64,000 nt of DNA from a virus, in IMG/VR virus record IMGVR_UViG_3300034691_000037, positions 22,682-86,681 of that record, one strand, 5' to 3'. Positions 1 to 9,054 of this stretch are shown in pieces; position 1 is the first letter of the stretch, and every line of letters begins with the position of its first letter. The position numbers were made by a program, and so were the translations under genes. The notes beneath the pieces were generated by a model, which worked only from the letters and a program-made list of their open reading frames with translations, had not been told where the DNA came from and ran no database searches.

Positions 1-37
1 GGAACTGTTACCTAAACAAAAAAAGAACATAAGAAAC

Positions 38-66
38 CAGCCAGGGAATTACCCCTGGCTGTATGC
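38..66. terminator. GC-rich hairpin after the gene at 70-936
   Basis: CAGCCAGGG/CCCTGGCTG stem, followed by TATGC on + and by a T-rich tract on -. Confidence 0.7.
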
Positions 67-69
67 CAT

Positions 70-936
70 TTACTTGATTTTATAATGTTTGTTGAGCTTA
101 CCGGTAGACCCGGCATTAACGACATGCGCCTGAACCCAAACTTTCAGACCTGACTGATAACGACGAATATGTCCACGCCGTAGGTGCTCACGTCGTTTAC
201 TAATGCCTTCGTCACTCGGGTCGTTTAGGTTAACGGATTTAGCCCCGCTTACATGCACCACTAACTCATGATAATCATCGTAAGGTAACTCCCCAGGTCT
301 GCGGCCTTTTAGTCGTTTCGGGTTAGGTTTAAGTTCAGCGACCACGTTAGAGCAGGCTAGGGCTTCAAGGAGTTCCGCAACCGCTTTAAAAGCCGGCTTT
401 AAGAACAGACCACCAATGGCCATAGTCGCACCTTCAGAACCGCCTATCACCTTACCCCACTCTAAGGCGGCTTTGTGCGTTGGTGTGATCTTGGCATCCA
501 CACCTTTATTAATCAAGGTCCAGGGGAAGGTCATCTTAAATGGCGCTGTGTTCCATTGACCATGCATGTCTTCGTAATGAGTGAACTTTGAAGCCAGTTG
601 AATTTCAAGTTCGCCAGCGTCGGTTTCTCTAGCAAACACAATGTGTCTATCGTACACGTTGCTGATAAACGACATGTTCTCTAACTGGTCGGTGATGTTG
701 ATATCCTTATCCGGACTGATGTCGGATTCGAATTCCAATACGATCATCGGAAAAGGTAAGCGCAGATCAGCTTCTAGTGCATCGCCACCATTATCAAGAA
801 TGATAGCATTTTTCGGCAGGATAAACCGTTGAGCATCTTTATAGGTATCGGTTACGGTTTTAGCAGTTTGTCCTAACTTAGTCTTATCCTTCAAACTAAA
901 CTTTACCAAATCGCGGAACAGATTGAACTCAGCCAT
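70..936 (-). CDS. Conserved phage protein with C-terminal HxRRGHxR...WV..H motif, function unknown
   Basis: 288-aa ORF with AAGGA SD; C-terminal REHLRRGHIRRYQSGLKVWVQAH motif is typical of a widespread phage family. Confidence 0.75.
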   Translation of the reverse strand: MAEFNLFRDLVKFSLKDKTKLGQTAKTVTDTYKDAQRFILPKNAIILDNGGDALEADLRLPFPMIVLEFESDISPDKDINITDQLENMSFISNVYDRHIVFARETDAGELEIQLASKFTHYEDMHGQWNTAPFKMTFPWTLINKGVDAKITPTHKAALEWGKVIGGSEGATMAIGGLFLKPAFKAVAELLEALACSNVVAELKPNPKRLKGRRPGELPYDDYHELVVHVSGAKSVNLNDPSDEGISKRREHLRRGHIRRYQSGLKVWVQAHVVNAGSTGKLNKHYKIK

Positions 937-974
937 GACACATTCCTTAATATCAAATAAAAAGATACAGCATA

Positions 975-1150
975 AATAAGAAGAAATACCCTTCCCTGTC
1001 CACCGCCCCAGTACGGAACTCAGCTAACCCGTCAAGGCCGCTGGAACTCACCTGGTCAATGGAATTTACGTCGGGAAGGGGTAGAGCCTGCAACGTGTAT
1101 GCGCACGTTGCAGTATGCACCGATATTGATCAGTGCCTTTCTGGTGAGCG
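975..1150 (-). ncRNA. Candidate structured ncRNA or leader: two hairpins plus a ~100-nt rod
   Basis: Intergenic stems GCACTGAT/ATCGGTGC, CTGCAACGTG/CACGTTGCAG, TACCC(C)TTCCC/GGGAAGGGTA, TCCATTG/CGGTGGA, CCAG/CTGG and CAGC/GCTG; G-U pairs favour the minus strand. Confidence 0.5.
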
Positions 1151-1151
1151 G

Positions 1152-1451
1152 TTATCCCGACTCAGGCATTGCAATATGTTTTAGCGGCCGTGATGGATAC
1201 ACTGCCCAATGCAGTGCCCGTACGGTAGCTTTACCGAGCTTGATTTCCGAAGGTCTATTCCAGGTGTTCAGTAAAATGGAAATCATCCCGTGCAGGCCCC
1301 AGAAGCCTACCGTGGAGATAACCACTGGTTTCATGCGGAAGTGAATGGCGGGCTGTACAAAGACGCCCGGCAAACTACCCCGAATGATCCATGACCACAG
1401 GGTTAATGAACAGACCAACAGAGGGATAATCCACCAGAGAAGAATCTCCAT
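1152..1451 (-). CDS. Hypothetical membrane protein
   Basis: 99 aa, two hydrophobic segments, AAGGA SD. Confidence 0.6.
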   Translation of the reverse strand: MEILLWWIIPLLVCSLTLWSWIIRGSLPGVFVQPAIHFRMKPVVISTVGFWGLHGMISILLNTWNRPSEIKLGKATVRALHWAVYPSRPLKHIAMPESG

Positions 1452-1517
1452 GCAGTTTCCTTACTGTAGGCCAAGTGTGGGTTTTGCATATTAGGGATCT
1501 TGCGGGTATATTGTTAC

Positions 1518-1937
1518 TTACGTTTCAGGGTTGTAGAGGCGAAGTGTTGCGCAGCCTTTGTAGACTTGCGAACCCACCTTGCTCAGGATGTGTGCGTCAT
1601 GGCTGTGACCGGGTTCGATACGCCGCCCTTCGATGAATTGAATGGTTACGTCGTTTGTGGTGAACTTCACGCCGTACGCACGCTCCAACTCCACTAGCGC
1701 TGCCTTTGTGTCGAACTGACCCTTGACTTCAACGATGGGTGAGATGTTCCGAAACAAGGCCGGTAGGCTAACCATCCGGTAAGGTTTGCAAATACTACCA
1801 TCTTCGGTCTGAAAAATAGCATCGTAACCTTGTAACCATTCTTCATGATTGGTGACAGGGGTAACACTAGTCTTACTCAGGTCGACGCCGCACAGATCGG
1901 CGAGCACTTGGAGCTGTTCATCTTTACTGACTAGCAT
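1518..1937 (-). CDS. Hypothetical protein resembling the beta-domain repeated in phiKZ-like structural proteins
   Basis: LERAYGVKFTTNDV...GSQVYKG pattern; co-oriented tight packing. Confidence 0.45.
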   Translation of the reverse strand: MLVSKDEQLQVLADLCGVDLSKTSVTPVTNHEEWLQGYDAIFQTEDGSICKPYRMVSLPALFRNISPIVEVKGQFDTKAALVELERAYGVKFTTNDVTIQFIEGRRIEPGHSHDAHILSKVGSQVYKGCATLRLYNPET

Positions 1938-1939
1938 GT

Positions 1940-2212
1940 TTATCGTCTCCAGACGTATACGTAATGATCGGGGTCGTTATGGACGAAGTGTTTCATGTAG
2001 CTGATTTCGTGAGGGAGTACTGCAAACGTCTTGCCATCAGTACGACCTTCATGACTTACCGAATAGGCAAACTTTCCATCAAGGCTCGACTCCTTGCGGA
2101 CAATCAACTTATCCGCAAAGTTACAAAGTCTTCCGCCCGGACTATCCCCACTTGCAGGCTCGTCAATCTTCCGGACGGCGTACACGACATCATCAGGTTG
2201 ATATTTTGGCAT
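1940..2212 (-). CDS. Hypothetical protein (possible SH3-like barrel)
   Basis: 90-aa ORF in operon, AAGGA SD. Confidence 0.6.
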   Translation of the reverse strand: MPKYQPDDVVYAVRKIDEPASGDSPGGRLCNFADKLIVRKESSLDGKFAYSVSHEGRTDGKTFAVLPHEISYMKHFVHNDPDHYVYVWRR

Positions 2213-2244
2213 GTGCCGTCCTTAAGATTTTAATCGCATCGGCT

Positions 2245-2526
2245 TTAGGATCTCCACTTGGCCACAAGTTCGTCCATCAGCATGCAGAATGCCATGCAAA
2301 TAACCGAACCTACAAAGTAAATGATCAAACCAACAATAGCAAAAGGCCAAAAGCCCATGACTAGATATTGCTGTGTTTTAGACAGGCTGATCATCCCCTC
2401 AGTACGGCGATGCTCTAGCCATGGTTCTTTCCAGTGCCTGTATATGTCACTTATCAACAAAGCTGCTGAAGAGGGTATCCAAACAATCAGAAACAGATAG
2501 AGCCAAAACATACCTACCGCTCCCAT
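2245..2526 (-). CDS. Hypothetical membrane protein
   Basis: Two predicted TM segments. Confidence 0.6.
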   Translation of the reverse strand: MGAVGMFWLYLFLIVWIPSSAALLISDIYRHWKEPWLEHRRTEGMISLSKTQQYLVMGFWPFAIVGLIIYFVGSVICMAFCMLMDELVAKWRS

Positions 2527-2678
2527 GGTTTCAGACGCCTGCCTGAACGATTGGTTGTGGGCCGTGCATTGATTTTGGCTACGGTTGAATCCCGCTTAGC
2601 CTGAATACGCACCAACCACGCCTTTATATCGGCAATAAAACGCCGGAAATAAAAACCAACATCTTCTTTAGGTTTCAT
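2514..2678 (-). CDS. Small basic hypothetical protein (start revised to MKPKED)
   Basis: ATGA overlap with the stop of 2675-3250. Confidence 0.5.
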   Translation of the reverse strand: MKPKEDVGFYFRRFIADIKAWLVRIQAKRDSTVAKINARPTTNRSGRRLKPWER

Positions 2679-3250
2679 GCATTCCCCTTGTCTTGGTATG
2701 TCAAGGAGAAGCCGAGACGTACGAGCTGCGCCGACAAATGATCGATGAGGACATCTGGTTCCGTACCCCTCGCCGTAGATAGCGTATAGCACACGGATTC
2801 TTTTCGGGACGGATGCTTCAGGTTCATGATCACACCAATCGACTCGGCACCGATGACGTCATGGAGCTCGCCTGCGATCTCTACAGACCCGAGTGTGTGG
2901 ATCTTTATACTTGGATCAGGCTTAACGACAGGGAGGCTCAGATCAAACATGAAACCATCAGGTTTTATAACACTTTCATCAGGATGTCTGACATGCGCCG
3001 GATACACCAGCTTGTAGAACGGCGTTGGCGTGTTGAGCTGGAACAGGAAGTTATCCACCAAATAATCGGCATACGCAACGTTAGGTGGGATGGTGTGAGC
3101 AATCCTGGTATTGCGGTCAACCAGCGCATAGTCGAGCTTATCACGCTTCTTTGGTACGTGGATGATCACCCGCATGTGATCAGTCATCCCACGATGATTA
3201 ACGAAATTGGCCAGGTGGACGAGGATAGTCGGGTTAGTGCTGGAAAGCAT
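2675..3250 (-). CDS. Hypothetical protein
   Basis: 191 aa, GAGGA SD, operon packing. Confidence 0.65.
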   Translation of the reverse strand: MLSSTNPTILVHLANFVNHRGMTDHMRVIIHVPKKRDKLDYALVDRNTRIAHTIPPNVAYADYLVDNFLFQLNTPTPFYKLVYPAHVRHPDESVIKPDGFMFDLSLPVVKPDPSIKIHTLGSVEIAGELHDVIGAESIGVIMNLKHPSRKESVCYTLSTARGTEPDVLIDHLSAQLVRLGFSLTYQDKGNA

Positions 3251-3261
3251 GTTTAGGTTCC

Positions 3262-3822
3262 TCAGTGGGTAAGTGCGGAGAGGAAATTCGAACTCGATTT
3301 CCAGCGCAGGTAAGTGACCTCACGTTCACGAGCACGTTCTTTAACGCGGCTCTTCGTTTTGCGCTCTGCCTTGCCGTCATCGTAATACGCCCACTCTTCA
3401 GACTCAGGAGTGGTATAACGATAGTCCATTAACTTCGGCAAACCGTTGTCTGCGGTAATCGACAAAGTTCGACTACCGGTGAAGGTGGACGTCGAACTTG
3501 GCTTGAAGAGAAGGTAGCCAGATCCGTTAATCGTAGCTGATGAAATATCCACTTCGGACAAAGGGATGTTCGCCATGGCCGTTTGGTTAACCAGATCGAG
3601 TAACCGCTTTGGTTCAATTTCGTTAAAGCCAAGCGCTGGTTGTCGAGGGATGGAATAATTCGACAATACCTCGAACAGATGTCCAATCAGTGAAAGGTTC
3701 CCACGTCCCAACTTCTTGATCAGCAGAGGTTCGATGGATCGCAAGTTGCCATCAAGGAGCCCCTTGACCAGATAACCGGTATGGATGCCGACTTGGCTAA
3801 GGTAGATCTTTTTCTTACGCAT
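3262..3822 (-). CDS. Hypothetical protein
   Basis: 186 aa; LLDLVNQ...SSTSTFTGS segment resembles the same beta-domain as 1518-1937. Confidence 0.55.
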   Translation of the reverse strand: MRKKKIYLSQVGIHTGYLVKGLLDGNLRSIEPLLIKKLGRGNLSLIGHLFEVLSNYSIPRQPALGFNEIEPKRLLDLVNQTAMANIPLSEVDISSATINGSGYLLFKPSSTSTFTGSRTLSITADNGLPKLMDYRYTTPESEEWAYYDDGKAERKTKSRVKERAREREVTYLRWKSSSNFLSALTH

Positions 3823-3824
3823 GA

Positions 3825-4547
3825 TTAGATTCCTTCGATACCAAAGACTTTGGCGATGTTGAGATAGGGAAGCGATGGGCCATTTTCCATAGCCGGGTAT
3901 CGTTCAAGAATACGCCAGCCTTGCTCCGCCGTGATTCTCTGAGCATGTCGCCAACCTCGCGTCCCATAATCGCCGATTATGAGATACCCTGCTTTAGCGT
4001 ATACATCTGTAACGTATCCAACACACCAAGGATCGCCAGGGTTAGCATCGCTATGACGACTAGCGAATACGTATTCGCCCGGCTTTATATCGTCAGTAAC
4101 TGCCGGAATTGCGATAAGTTGGTGAGCGTAATCTTCACCCGCCATGATTTGTTTCAACAGGAGTGTAAACGGTCTGAAGTGAGGTGTTGGAACTTGGAAC
4201 AATCGTCTCCAATCCCACACACTGCATTTGTCAGGCTCCATTAGTTTGGGTACTGCATCATCGGCAACAGTAGCCTTGACCCATAGCGTGATCCACTGAG
4301 TACCGTCAACAATGTCATCGGTACATGCGAATGGATGGGACACCGACAATAGCTCAAGGCCGGTCTCTTCGAGTACTTCTCGCCGAGCACAGGCTTCTAC
4401 GCTCTCACCATATTCCAACCCACCGCCTGGCGGGCACCATGTATTTGCACCATGACTGCCTTGCCGGATACCTGCTAAGATAGTGTCGTCATCGCACGAT
4501 TCACGACGGATGAGAATAGCGACACCTACTTTAATCTGCCCTGTCAT
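3825..4547 (-). CDS. Nudix hydrolase (MutT/NUDT15-like) fused to a C-terminal phage domain
   Basis: Nudix box GGGLEYGESVEACARREVLEETGL; VGVAIL and EPDKCSVWDW motifs. Confidence 0.9.
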   Translation of the reverse strand: MTGQIKVGVAILIRRESCDDDTILAGIRQGSHGANTWCPPGGGLEYGESVEACARREVLEETGLELLSVSHPFACTDDIVDGTQWITLWVKATVADDAVPKLMEPDKCSVWDWRRLFQVPTPHFRPFTLLLKQIMAGEDYAHQLIAIPAVTDDIKPGEYVFASRHSDANPGDPWCVGYVTDVYAKAGYLIIGDYGTRGWRHAQRITAEQGWRILERYPAMENGPSLPYLNIAKVFGIEGI

Positions 4548-4853
4548 CTAAACCTCTTCTTTACCAATCGGTGGTTTCCAGCCGCACTGGGCCTGGACTA
4601 ATTCCCATACGCCAGAACCCTGGTTATACTTAACGCGTGGTTTTGTAGCTTTTAGCTCTTCATTCAAACGCGCGATCTCGAAGTTGAGATGGTCGATCTC
4701 TTGTTCAAGGTTATGGATAGCCAGATCCACGATTGGTTTTACCCGACTGTAATACTGGTTTCCCGTTAAGTCTTCATGGGAGGGACCACCGCAAAAGCGA
4801 TCCATGGCGGACAACTCGTAAAGGGTTGATGGCCAGTTGATTTTAGTTCTCAT
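4548..4853 (-). CDS. Hypothetical protein with a coiled-coil segment
   Basis: 101 aa, ATGA coupling. Confidence 0.6.
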   Translation of the reverse strand: MRTKINWPSTLYELSAMDRFCGGPSHEDLTGNQYYSRVKPIVDLAIHNLEQEIDHLNFEIARLNEELKATKPRVKYNQGSGVWELVQAQCGWKPPIGKEEV

Positions 4854-5251
4854 TCGAGTACCATTAATAGAAGAACTTGGGGTGTAGAGATAAACAGAGA
4901 TGTGGGCGACGAGGATGGTCTGATAAACAGTGGCTTTACTCCAGCCACATCTTCAACCATCTTCATCAGTTCCGAAAGCGCTCTCAGCGAATAACCGGCC
5001 GGTAACATTTCGGACATTTCATGAATGGCCTCATCGTAAGACAAGTAAGTGTCAGGGAACGCGGATGCTGCGTCTTCCTTAAGGAAATGATCCGGTACTT
5101 GTACAGGGACCATAAGGTTGATGGAAGTACCCGCATCCTCTTTCTTTTCTTTAATAAGGACATGTTGAGCTTCGCTGGTAGTGTTAAGGTCGTCCAGCTG
5201 TTTGCGAAAGCGCTCAATCAGGGCAATCTCGTTAGCATTGAAGTTGTTCAT
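4850..5251 (-). CDS. Hypothetical protein (start revised to MNNFN)
   Basis: ATG at 5251, just downstream of the hairpin and T tract. Confidence 0.6.
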   Translation of the reverse strand: MNNFNANEIALIERFRKQLDDLNTTSEAQHVLIKEKKEDAGTSINLMVPVQVPDHFLKEDAASAFPDTYLSYDEAIHEMSEMLPAGYSLRALSELMKMVEDVAGVKPLFIRPSSSPTSLFISTPQVLLLMVLE

Positions 5252-5280
5252 AAATAAACCTAGTTGTGTAAAAAAAGAAA

Positions 5281-5312
5281 GCATATAGCCGGGGCACTGC
5301 CCCGGCTATATG
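5281..5312. terminator. CATA...TATG-closed hairpin terminator
   Basis: CATATAGCCGGGGCA-C-TGCCCCGGCTATATG palindrome followed by a T-rich tract on -. Confidence 0.8.
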
Positions 5313-5320
5313 TCGCACAG

Positions 5321-6217
5321 TTACTTCACCGCTGCTGCTTGACGCACGTTACGCACGATGGCCTTGTCGACGACGGTCTGAAGAAGCTCAGCGTCGTTTT
5401 CGTCCATGCCTTCGAAGAACGCATTGTTGTACACGAACTGAGCACGCAGGCAATAGGTGTCCGGCCTCAGTGTGGTGGAGGTTTCGATACCGTTGGTCGA
5501 AAGAACTTCACAGGTCACGTACAGCGGATTGGAATTCGAGTCCTTGACTTTCTTGAAAGCACTGACATCGATCTCGCCGATGCGCAGGTCTTCTTTGAAC
5601 TCACCGGTAATTTCACCAGAGATCTTGCCTTGACGGCCGACGTAGATCAAACCAGCGATAGGGATGTCAATACCGCCTTTACGGATCTTGCCTTCAGCAG
5701 CAGCCTTGGCGGCCCAGCGCCAGTTCTTGAACCCGACGATGTTCAGATCTTTGTAGTCTTTGTCGATATTGCCGAAGTTACGCAGGGTGACTTCAGCGCC
5801 GGAGCCGTCAACAATGGCAACGCCCATGTTCTTGTAGTCGCTATCAGACAGGTCGGCAAAGTCTTTGACCTTGCTATTCTTGCCATGAATCCAGTAGATC
5901 GCTTCCTGGTGGGCATCGGTAGTGGAGATGTCGGTCGGCATCGGACGCGAGGTTACCGCATCGTTTTGCAGGATCGCGATATCACATTCGCCGGACTTCA
6001 GGCGGGTAGCGGAATCGACGGAACCTTTGGTGTTGACGAACTTGACAACTACCAGACTTTTGGAGTTGGACTGGATCTCGGTACCAACAACCTGGCCGAT
6101 CTGGCTGTAATAGCCTTCAGCAGCGCCGGTGCAGAACTTCAGCTCTTTGGGTTCAGAGGCAAGTGCCCCGAACGAGATGGCCATCAAGGCCAGGACAGCG
6201 TAGAACATTTTCTTCAT
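5321..6217 (-). CDS. TAXI-family TRAP solute-binding protein-like, with signal peptide
   Basis: Signal peptide MKKMFYAVLALMAISFGALA; TGAAEGYYSQIG, TKGSVDS, GECDIAILQND and GSGAEVT motifs. Confidence 0.8.
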   Translation of the reverse strand: MKKMFYAVLALMAISFGALASEPKELKFCTGAAEGYYSQIGQVVGTEIQSNSKSLVVVKFVNTKGSVDSATRLKSGECDIAILQNDAVTSRPMPTDISTTDAHQEAIYWIHGKNSKVKDFADLSDSDYKNMGVAIVDGSGAEVTLRNFGNIDKDYKDLNIVGFKNWRWAAKAAAEGKIRKGGIDIPIAGLIYVGRQGKISGEITGEFKEDLRIGEIDVSAFKKVKDSNSNPLYVTCEVLSTNGIETSTTLRPDTYCLRAQFVYNNAFFEGMDENDAELLQTVVDKAIVRNVRQAAAVK

Positions 6218-6245
6218 CGTCTTACTTCCTAGTGGGTATTGCGGG

Positions 6246-6482
6246 TTATTGTTTAATGGTTACAGGTACGCCAAGCATTACAAGACCTTCCAGCAATGAC
6301 TGCGGTTGTTGGTCTTTTGGCAATGCCCGCACTTCGGCAATACGATTTTCCAACTCAACTGCTGCGACGTTGTAGGCAGAGTAGTTGGGAACCGGTTCAG
6401 GTTTAAGCCAAGCAACGCCGGCCGCTTGAGCCCGCATTCGTTTATAGAGCGCCATTGCGTCAAGCTGAAAACTACTGGACAT
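6246..6482 (-). CDS. Hypothetical protein
   Basis: 78 aa, GGGGG SD. Confidence 0.55.
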   Translation of the reverse strand: MSSSFQLDAMALYKRMRAQAAGVAWLKPEPVPNYSAYNVAAVELENRIAEVRALPKDQQPQSLLEGLVMLGVPVTIKQ

Positions 6483-6490
6483 CTAACCCC

Positions 6491-6817
6491 CTATTGGGCA
6501 CCAGGGGTTTTACACATGGTGATGATAAGCTGTTCGATCAACTCATCCGCCTTATGTAAATCCTCTGTAAATATTGTTTCAACAAAGCCATCGCTATCAA
6601 GGGTACCGGCAACCGCCTTCGCGCCAATCAGTGCAGCGTACAGACTAAACTCCCAAGAGGAATTGCCGAATGGTCGCTTGCTGTCAAAGTTTGACTTAGC
6701 TTGCCACAGAGTAAACAACAAGCTTTGAAGGTAATTGCGGATAGACGATTTAGGACCACCCTTTTCAAACTGCCATTCGAGATCAAGCAGTTCATCATGA
6801 GTTATCTCGGTTGCCAT
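6491..6817 (-). CDS. Conserved phage protein, paralog of 6802-7194
   Basis: IRNYLQSLLFTLW...FDSKRPFGNSSW motif. Confidence 0.75.
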   Translation of the reverse strand: MATEITHDELLDLEWQFEKGGPKSSIRNYLQSLLFTLWQAKSNFDSKRPFGNSSWEFSLYAALIGAKAVAGTLDSDGFVETIFTEDLHKADELIEQLIITMCKTPGAQ

Positions 6818-7194
6818 GATTCCGCCAAGGTTTTAGCACAGTCGGGAGTCGAGCACATGGCTGTGATCAGACCCATTGTGATATCGGAAGCCTTCTTGAC
6901 ATTACCGTCACCACGTTCCCAGCCGAACATGGTTTCGTCAATATCACCTTCAATGGCTTTAGCGGCTACGAGAGCTTCGTAGAAGTCAAGCTGCCAACCA
7001 CTATTACCCCACGGCCATTTAGAATCAAAACTCTCACCCCTTTCCCAAAGGGTCAGCAACAGATGCTTAAGGAAGTCACGGATACGGACTTTACCTACAT
7101 CACGGAAATCCCACTCGAAATCGAGCAACTCCGGATTCTCGCAAACAAGCGGTGCTGGTACGAACCGCACGCCATTGATCAGAACTTCAGTCAT
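6802..7194 (-). CDS. Conserved phage protein, paralog of 6491-6817
   Basis: IRDFLKHLLLTLW...FDSKWPWGNSGW motif. Confidence 0.75.
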   Translation of the reverse strand: MTEVLINGVRFVPAPLVCENPELLDFEWDFRDVGKVRIRDFLKHLLLTLWERGESFDSKWPWGNSGWQLDFYEALVAAKAIEGDIDETMFGWERGDGNVKKASDITMGLITAMCSTPDCAKTLAESWQPR

Positions 7195-7771
7195 TGTCTT
7201 TCACCCGTGACTGGTGAACGATGTCGTCCTGGATAACATCGTAGTAAATCTGTATATCCAGGAGGTACTTACGATCCTGAGTATAAGCCTGGACCGCGTA
7301 GTGGTTCTGTTCAGGCTCACCGTCGAGACAGGTCACGAGATGATAAGCCTTGAATGCGTTTACTGCACCACGCACCAGAGCCGCAGCTGCACCAGTATCG
7401 TTCTGGTTGATGTCCTCAATCATGAAGAGGAACTCATCCATCGTACCAGCATCTACAAATTCCTGATGGAGCTGAGGAACGTCACGACGGGTAGCCTGGA
7501 CTGAAAGGAACGGTTCAGGTTCTCCACGGACCTGACTGTTCCAGAGCACCGCGACGGAGTCATCCGTCTTGACGCAAGTGGCGACATAGTCAGGATGCTG
7601 CAGTCGGTAGTCTGCTTTTGCAAACTCTTCTTGAAGCGATATCACCAGCGACCAAATGGGAAACTCGGCATGCATGCCGGCCAGGTCGTTGAGTACGTGC
7701 ATCTGGCTGAGTTGGAACTTAGTAGCCAAGTCCAGCAGTCGTTTTTCTTCAAACTTATTAACGGTGCTCAT
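7187..7771 (-). CDS. Hypothetical protein
   Basis: 194 aa, TAATG coupling. Confidence 0.65.
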   Translation of the reverse strand: MSTVNKFEEKRLLDLATKFQLSQMHVLNDLAGMHAEFPIWSLVISLQEEFAKADYRLQHPDYVATCVKTDDSVAVLWNSQVRGEPEPFLSVQATRRDVPQLHQEFVDAGTMDEFLFMIEDINQNDTGAAAALVRGAVNAFKAYHLVTCLDGEPEQNHYAVQAYTQDRKYLLDIQIYYDVIQDDIVHQSRVKDND

Positions 7772-8523
7772 TAATCGTCCGCCACTTTAGGACCCTGAGT
7801 AACGCTGACAACGCCACTGGCGATCAGCGCGCTCAAAGGCACAGGTTGCTTGTAGTTCATGGTTTCGTTCTGACGGGCTTCTGCTTCACGGTACTTAGGT
7901 ACCCAATGCGGGAAGTCCAGACCGGTCAGCATTTCAAGGTCAGCGTGGATATAGCCCACTACAAACCACTCGTAGCCTTCATCGAGCTCAGCTACCAGGG
8001 TAATGTATGGTTTACCTGTCTTCGGATCGGTCTCAAACCCGCTGGCCGCAAACTGGTGAAACCCAGGACGGTCGGAGAAACGGTGAACAAAGCTGAAATC
8101 AAGCAAATCGTCTTTCGACGTAGCGATGACGTTTTGGCAATCAGCATCAACGTAAGCCGGAAGGTGCTGAACCAGACGGAACGTCTTACCTTCTTGCCGG
8201 GCCTTTTCTTCGGCCATTTGTTCAGGGTTGGCAATGACCAGGACTTTACCTTGCTCCGGCAATGAAATAGTCGTACCGTCGAGAAGCATACGTGCATGCA
8301 TCAGCTTGGTCACTATTTTGACCATGCTTTCCATGACCGCAGTGTGGACATCATTATGTTGAATATGAGCGGTGTGCCATTGATGCACAGCGCCGATGGA
8401 GATGGTGGTCGCTAAGATTGCGACCGTATGCCGCTCATTATCCCGGCCGTTGAACTTGTGTTCGACCGAGGTGATCCAAGCCAGCAGATCTTCCCACTTA
8501 TAAATGCAGATTTTTTCGAGCAT
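7771..8523 (-). CDS. Hypothetical protein
   Basis: 250 aa, AAGGGG SD. Confidence 0.65.
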   Translation of the reverse strand: MLEKICIYKWEDLLAWITSVEHKFNGRDNERHTVAILATTISIGAVHQWHTAHIQHNDVHTAVMESMVKIVTKLMHARMLLDGTTISLPEQGKVLVIANPEQMAEEKARQEGKTFRLVQHLPAYVDADCQNVIATSKDDLLDFSFVHRFSDRPGFHQFAASGFETDPKTGKPYITLVAELDEGYEWFVVGYIHADLEMLTGLDFPHWVPKYREAEARQNETMNYKQPVPLSALIASGVVSVTQGPKVADD

Positions 8524-8534
8524 GGTTAAACCCC

Positions 8535-9041
8535 TTACGATGTCAGGATGTATTTCATATTGTCTTCTGTGAGCATCTTTTGGATCTCAAGAAGTTTTGT
8601 CGGGACTGAAAACTTATCGCCTAGTTGATCGCGGATTACTGTCAGGGCAATGGCATCTTCAATCCGAATAGCCTTAACCTCTGTAGCCGCACAGGTCTTT
8701 GCAACAACATGAGTGTCTCGCTGCGTCAGAAGGGTTACGTGCTCTGCCAGATAAGGGCCAAGCTGAGCCCAGTTCCGCGTAGGTTCCCAGCGACCGTTGA
8801 TCCTTGAGTCAGGACCCTCATGCCATAGCTTCCATTCAAGATCTACGATCACGGCCGGTTTCTCCATGCAGTGGAGCAACTTAGCATTGTTACCAGGATA
8901 AGTGCCATCGTGCATGTTGAAGATAGGCGTGTCCTTAGTGGCAGCAGCAAGCGCCCAATCGAGTACCACGCCGGTCAGTAGCGGATCGTTGTAACGAAGA
9001 ACCGTCAGATCAAGATCTGGATCATCTTCAGAGTACTTCAT
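8535..9041 (-). CDS. NinX/DUF2591-like phage protein
   Basis: LTGVVLDWALAAA...WEPTRNWAQLGP...LGDKFSVP motifs; start revised to MKYSED. Confidence 0.7.
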   Translation of the reverse strand: MKYSEDDPDLDLTVLRYNDPLLTGVVLDWALAAATKDTPIFNMHDGTYPGNNAKLLHCMEKPAVIVDLEWKLWHEGPDSRINGRWEPTRNWAQLGPYLAEHVTLLTQRDTHVVAKTCAATEVKAIRIEDAIALTVIRDQLGDKFSVPTKLLEIQKMLTEDNMKYILTS

Positions 9042-9054
9042 GCATTGCCCCTTA

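Noticed and set aside
975-1150. tRNA, tmRNA, SRP or 6S RNA identity for the structured gap
   Set aside because: No T-loop GTTCRA with CCA end, no SRP GNRA/CAGG-AGCA motif and no recognisable 6S sequence. Kept only as an unclassified RNA candidate.
5264-6232. Long antisense ORFs such as 5264-6232, 18993-19976, 46242-47291, 48631-49884, 51332-52174, 55794-56714 and 62961-63845
   Set aside because: They mirror strongly codon-biased real genes on the opposite strand, lack SDs and motifs, and read as shadow frames.
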